Source: Eledone cirrhosa
Taxonomy: Eukaryota
Direction: 5' to 3'
Assembly: GCA_964016885.1 (NCBI GenBank)
Contig: OZ024742.1
Location: forward strand, 288,238,001 to 288,302,000
DNA: 64,000 nucleotides
The translations under genes were made by a program, and so were the position numbers. Positions 57,923 to 64,000 of this stretch are shown one piece after another. Numbering within the stretch: the first letter of the stretch is position 1; the number at the start of each line of letters is the position of its first letter. The notes beneath the pieces were generated by a model, which was given only the letters and a program-made list of their open reading frames with translations, did no database searches and was not told the origin of the DNA.

Positions 57923-57957
57923 TTGCTATATATATATTATATATATATATATATATG

Positions 57958-58007
<50 letters not shown>

Positions 58008-58051
58008 TATATATATATATATATATACATACTTGCTATATATATATATGC

Positions 58052-58138
<87 letters not shown>

Positions 58139-58142
58139 CTTG

Positions 58143-58175
<33 letters not shown>

Positions 58176-58215
58176 CTTGCTATATATATATTATATATAT
58201 ATATATATATATATG

Positions 58216-58250
<35 letters not shown>

Positions 58251-58370
58251 CTTGCTATATATATATTATATATATATATATATGCTATATATATATATAT
58301 ATATATATACATATACATACTTGCTATATATATATTATATACATATATACATATATGCTATATATATATT

Positions 58371-58697
58371 CATCATCACCGTTTTACGTCTGTTCTTCCA
58401 CGCTAGCATGGGTTAGACGGGTTGTCCTGTTATGGGCAGTGTCTGGTCGGCTGACCATGCCTTGCTCATACAGGAACTGATTTGGCTTGATTTTTACAGC
58501 TGGATGCCCTTCCTAACACCAACCTCATTTACAGTGAGTGCTGGGTGCTTTTTCGTGGCGCCTACACGTCCACTTTACAGTGTGGGCTGGGTGCTTTTTT
58601 GCCGTGGCACCTCCACGACCACCTTGCGGTGGGGGGTGTGGGGGCATATTGTCTCTATGCTTCAGCTTGTACCCATGGGAGGTCGGGTACTCTGTAT
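58371..58697 (-). mobile_element. 3' fragment of the same RTE subfamily, inverted relative to 57525-57852
   Basis: Reverse complement of 57525-57852 with scattered substitutions. Confidence 0.88.
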
Positions 58698-58982
58698 TAT
58701 ATTATATATATATATATATGCTATGTATATATATATATATATACATATATGCTATATATATATTATATATATATGCTATATATATATTATATATATATGC
58801 TATATATATATATTATATATATATGCTATATATATATATATATATATATGCTATATATATATATGCTATATAGTAATAATAATAAATTTGAAGACTAAAA
58901 TCCAAAGAGGGCTCGATAAGGATAAATATATATCAAATATATAGGAACCGTAGAGCAAATATTTATTTAAATAACAGATTAA

Positions 58983-59033
58983 AGTTTAAGCAAAGAATCG
59001 CTGCTTTCACCCTTAACGGGATCTTCTGAAACT
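58983..59033 (-). ncRNA. Type I hammerhead motif with U4->A core variant
   Basis: AGUUU-CAGAAGA-U-CCC(GUUAA)GGG-U-GAA-AGCAG(CGAUUCU)UUGCU-U|AAACU. Confidence 0.6.
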
Positions 59034-59120
59034 AACAAAGTCAATCTGTAAACGCAGAAGTGGATATTTCCAAAAACGTTGCAGCCGGAGGAAGACAGGA
59101 AGACGATACTTTGGTTCGTG

Positions 59121-59390
59121 GAAACGTTCCCTGGCAAAGAAGGGGAAAAAACGAATATAATACGTCATTAATAGGAGCGGAGAAAAACAATTACGCGCAA
59201 AGACGGAACCACGTTTATGGTATAAAAGAAGTCGTAGACTAATATTCTCTTAGGTGGTTCATAGAGACGTTCTCTGGCAATGAACGGAAAAAAACGAAGA
59301 TAATACGTCATATGTGGACTGTGGAGAACAATGGCACGCAAAGATAAAACCATGTAAATTGTATAGCTGAACTCATAGACTAAATTCTAA
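59121..59390. repeat. Diverged ~142-bp tandem duplication
   Basis: acgttc.ctggcaa...aaaaaacgaa.ataatacgtcat...cgcaaaga...tagactaa present twice. Confidence 0.7.
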
Positions 59391-59634
59391 CTAGGAAACC
59401 GAATGAATCTCCGCTTCAGAGTTAAGAATAAATACAATACAGAGGTAATAGAAATTAAATAAATGCATACACGCCAGCAAATACCTACATACACAAGCAT
59501 ACGCAAAACACTTGCCATAGGTATACAAAACCACGCACTCGGCCGATTAACCCACTCGATATGCAAATTCGGCTACTCAGCCGTTAATATGCATAAGGTA
59601 AGTATATACGTTCAACAATCTGGCAGGAAGGTAT

Positions 59635-59677
59635 ACGTTGCTGACAATAGCTAATAAGCTTGAAACTAGTACAGCGT
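59635..59677 (+). ncRNA. Hammerhead copy with core mutation (CUGACAA, G8->A)
   Basis: Otherwise identical to 60060-60102. Confidence 0.7.
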
Positions 59678-60034
59678 TCCTTTGTCAGTTTTGAACAAAC
59701 GAGCAACGATGGTTGCTGGACACTACGGCTTAATACGGGATGTTTGTTTTTTTTACAAACACACCGAGCATTATAATAAATGTTCGGTGAATCCATACGT
59801 GCATATATATATGTGTGCATGTATGTATATATATATACATACTACTGTACGTCTGTATACATATATGTATGTACGTGTACATACTTATATTTAAGTAACA
59901 GCCGTACTAAGAGTGGGAAATGAAATTTCGTTCCATTTTTTCCGTTTATCGTTTTCGGTGCACCCGGCCAATTAACCCACTCGATATGCAAATTGCGATA
60001 CTCAGCCGTTAATATGCATAAGGTAAGTATATAC

Positions 60035-60121
60035 GTTCAACAATCTGGCAGGAAGGTATACGTTGCTGACGATAGCTAATAAGCTTGAAACTAGTACAGC
60101 GTTCCTTTGTCAGTGTTGAAC
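60035..60121 (+). ncRNA. Type I hammerhead ribozyme with extended stem I
   Basis: Core 60060-60102 ACGUUG-CUGACGA-U-AGCU(AAUA)AGCU-U-GAA-ACUAGU-A|CAGCGU; stem I extends via AAGG/CCUU, CUGGCA/UGUCAG and GUUCAACA/UGUUGAAC. Confidence 0.88.
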
Positions 60122-60334
60122 AAACGAGCAACGTTGGTTGCTGGACACTACGGCTTAATACGGGATGTTTGTTTTTTTACAAACACACCGAGCATTATAA
60201 TAAATGTTCGGTGAATCCATACGTGCATATATATGTGTGCATGTATGTATGTATATATATACATATTACTGTACGTCTGTATACATATATGTATGTACGT
60301 GTACATACTTATATATATATTATATATATATATT

Positions 60335-60423
<89 letters not shown>

Positions 60424-60426
<3 letters not shown>

Positions 60427-62128
60427 TCATTATCATCATCGTTTAACGTCTGTCTTCCACGGTAGCATGGGTTAGACGGGAATTGTCCGACTTGAGGCAA
60501 GATTGGTCGGATGACCGTGTCTAGCTCGTATAAGACTATCTGGCAGGTTTTCTACAGCTAGATGCCCCTCCTAACACCAACCATATTTACGGTGTGGACT
60601 GGGAGCCTTTTTACCGTGTTTTCTACATGGCCACATTACAGCGTGGACTGTGTTTTTTTTTTTGTCGTGACACCTAGTTGTGGTGACACTAAGTTTGGAC
60701 TGGATGTTGTAGTACCAACATAACTTTATAGAGAAAGGGTGGTGTTGGCAGGAGTGGAAGGATGGAGTAGGGGTAGTGGGTTGGGGTGTATATTTGGCTT
60801 GAAGGGGCCTACTGACTGTAGGTTAACTTTGCACGTAGGGAAGGCATGTCTTCTGTATTACTGCGTGGCACCAAAGATCTCGATCCAGTGACATTATCTT
60901 AGAGAGGTGCAAGTAAGGTCGGAATTTATCATGTCGTCCCAGGTTTTTCTGGGTCTACCTATTCCATAATTCCCATCAATTTTGATTGCCCTGCACATTT
61001 TTATACAGCTATCGTCTTTGATGCACATCACGTGACCATACCAACATCATCTTCTCTCAAGTAAACACCGTCTGATCCCTCTTATTCCTAATTTCTCAAT
61101 TCATTTATGTTTTGCCGTTTGTGTATATTACTATTACACATCCAACGGAGCATGCATGCTTAGTTCGTTTCCAGTCTGCGCAGGTCCTCTGCACACAATG
61201 CCCATGTCTCACTGCCATGTAACATTGCTGTTCGTCTACATAGGAAAACCTTTGTATTTAGAGAGAAACCTTTTGTGGCTAACAGCAGTATAAGCTCTCT
61301 GAACTTTTTCCATCCCATTCTGACTCTGGCTCCTGGACTTTCAGAGCACCCTCCACCACTGCTGATTTTGTCACCCAGGTAACAGAAAGTGTCCACTATT
61401 TCTATAGAACCATCTGGACAGTAGGAGCTAGTATCCTGTGGGCACTTGCGACTTATTGCACCTGAGCATCGGCCACATATAAAATCTATGTTCTTAGATA
61501 GCTTGCCTGTGATCCCACTACATCTTTTATGTACCCATACTTTGTATTTAGGACATAGAATGGAATTTCTACCTACACCTTTCCTACACACTAAGCATGG
61601 CCATTTCCCTTTCTACATACTAGAACTTTAGTTTTAGACAAGTTAACTTTAAGGCCTTTTGATTGTAGGCCATGCTTCCATGTTTGGAATTTCTTCTCTA
61701 GTTCAGCCATAGATTCAGCTATGAGAGTTAGATCATCTGCATATAGAAGTTCCCATGGGCAGCCGGTCTTAAACTCCCCTGTTATAGCCTGAAGGTCAAT
61801 AATAAACAGGAGGGGACTAAAGACAGAGCCTTGATGAACACCAACATTTACGCTAAATTCTTCACTATATTCATTGTTAATTCTAACCTTGCTGACTGTT
61901 TCTTTATACATGACTTGTATAGCTCTCACAAGCCATTCAACTACTCCTAGTTTTCTAAGGCCCCACCAGATAATTGAGCAGGGGTCGCTGTCAAATACTT
62001 TCTTCAAGTCAACAAAAGCTAAGTAGAGCTGTTTACTTTTAGCTAGGTACTTCTCCTGTAGTTGTCGTACAAGGAAAAGAGCGTCTGTGGTACTTTTACC
62101 TGACACAAACCCAAACTGCATTTCATCT
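60424..62128 (-). pseudogene. Decayed RTE-clade LINE with PHD finger, 5'-truncated
   Basis: ORFs 61591-62121 and 61160-61591 with frameshifts and stops; 3' UTR like 21316-21720. Confidence 0.9.
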
Positions 62129-62221
62129 ATATACGCTATATATATGTATAAATATATATACGCTATATATATATGTGTATATAAATATATATACGCTATA
62201 TATATATATACGGTATATACG

Positions 62222-62258
<37 letters not shown>

Positions 62259-62566
62259 TATATACGCTATATATATATGTATATAAATATATATACGCTA
62301 TATATATATATATAGACTATATATATATATCCATGGTGTGTGTGTTGTCTCCCCAGACATGAGATGATATTCAAGAACATTCCATGTCAAACAAATATGG
62401 CCCCATTCCAGCATTGCACACTTTTGCACACATACCCACATACACTAACACACACTAACACACGTTTGTTTTTACCGATTTAGAATAAAGTACTTTTATA
62501 AACATCTTATGAGACAAGACTGACAGTTTGTGTTTTTTATTGTTTGTGTGTATACATGTAAATATG

Positions 62567-62597
<31 letters not shown>

Positions 62598-62782
62598 ATT
62601 GTTTCTACTTTAGGCACAAGGCCAGCAATTACCCAGTACATTACTGGTACTTTATTTTATCGACCCCGTAAGGATGAAAGGCAAAGTTAACCTCGGCGGG
62701 ATTTGAACTCAGACTGTAAAGGGACGTAACTATGCTGGAAAGCATGGCATCCGACTCTCTACCAATACTGCCAATCCACACC
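62598..62782 (-). mobile_element. tRNA-derived SINE (same family as 28090-28277)
   Basis: A/B boxes and core are near-identical. Confidence 0.88.
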
Positions 62783-62792
62783 AATACAATAT

Positions 62793-62870
62793 AATTACCT
62801 CATTACCAGAGGTTTCCCGAATAAGACGAATACAAGGAACGTCCGCATTCGTTCATCAGACAAGGCAATT
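62793..62870 (-). ncRNA. Type I hammerhead ribozyme
   Basis: AAUUGCCUUGU-CUGAUGA-long stem II-GAA-ACC(UCU)GGU-A|AUGAGGUAAUU: 11-bp stem I with 3 G-U pairs, GUA site. Confidence 0.8.
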
Positions 62871-62958
62871 TAAAACATAGTGAAATATTTGAAAAATCTC
62901 CTCAAGAAAGGCAAAAGTTTAACAGGCAAAAAAATTTATAATAATAAATAAAAGTAAT

Positions 62959-63147
62959 AATTGTTTCTACTTTAGGCACAAGTCCAGCAAATTACTCAGT
63001 GCATTACTGGTACTTTATTTTATCGACCCCGTAAGGATGAAAGGCAAAGTCAACCTCGGCGGGATTTGAACTCAGATCGTAAAGGGACGTAACTATGCTG
63101 GAAAGCATGGCGTCCGACCCTCTACTGATACTGCCAATCCACCGCCC
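62959..63147 (-). mobile_element. tRNA-derived SINE with 20-bp target-site duplication
   Basis: TSD taataaataaaagtaataat at 62942-62961 and 63150-63169. Confidence 0.92.
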
Positions 63148-64000
63148 TTTAATAAATAAAAGTAATAATACAAGAGATGTATAAAAATAAAAATAAAGAA
63201 ATATAGTAAGAGGATGTGTATAAATATGCGTATAAGCACTTACAAATGTACATATGTGTGCATGTACAAATGCATGTGTATAGTGAAAAGATGTGTGTGT
63301 AAGTACATACATGAGGGCAAATATATTAGTGTATGTGTGGCCACAAATACGTATATATATAAATGTTGAAAAAGGAATTGTAAGATAATAGAGTTAGCGT
63401 ACATATAGACTCAGACTCAGTGACTAAGAATTGAAATATATACACATACAAGGATGAAAAGGCTCACGCGTATAAACATACACACACGCGCAACCACATA
63501 CATGTATGTGATATATACAGGGAAGGGAGTGTATCAGTCAAAGCAGTGTCAGACTGAAGGTCGATACAGATATAAAAATATAAAATATGAAAAATTAATG
63601 AAATAATTTATAAGATAAGAATAAAAAATTAAGGCAAAGAGAAAGTAAGTGGGAGGGGTTATAATATATAAAGTAACACTAGAAAAAAAAAATAAATAAA
63701 AGGTAGAAAACATGCATATATGCGAACAAGCTCGTACGCACATATATATATATATATAAATATATATATACGTACAGACAAAAAAACATGCACAAAATGA
63801 TACATACACATACATGCGTACATACACGCATACATACACACGAAACACATATATATACATAATACATGTACATCTAATCACACGCACGCACGCGACCATA
63901 TATATATATATATGTGTGTGTGTGTAAAAAACATATACTATAAAATTGAGGCTTGTTTGCATAATTGCAAACAAATTGAATGTTATTATTAATATTTGAA

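Larger units (their letters stand above)
59535..60312 (+). mobile_element. 425-bp tandem repeat (1.8 units) with one hammerhead per unit; retrozyme-like or Penelope terminal repeat
   Basis: Units 59535-59959 and 59960-60312 are near-identical; non-coding. Confidence 0.8.

Overview
Eukaryotic, AT-rich, repeat-saturated DNA with no recognisable host gene; the SINE and LINE repertoire looks cephalopod (octopus-like), which is an inference. About 20 kb is an interrupted (TA)n satellite (mostly GC(TA)n units, 22.0-39.7 kb and 43.6-46.3 kb, with a 200-N gap), and nearly all long 'YIYI' ORFs are artefacts of it. Many retroelements sit in or beside the (TA)n tracts: (i) five long copies plus fragments of an RTE-clade LINE with a PHD-type C4HC3 finger inside the RT domain; (ii) a second, decayed RTE-like LINE (APE+RT); (iii) a partial-tandem Penelope-like element (RT + GIY-YIG); (iv) CRE-like restriction-endonuclease LINE relics; (v) tRNA-derived SINEs. 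The main signal not visible in the ORF track is RNA structure. About 14 hammerhead-ribozyme motifs from at least six sequence families can be folded by hand. They lie in the Penelope terminal repeats, in short non-coding fold-back mini-elements, and in a 425-bp tandem retrozyme-like repeat that shows stem covariation between copies. A further family carries a permuted hammerhead-like core. All folds were made by eye and are not computationally verified.
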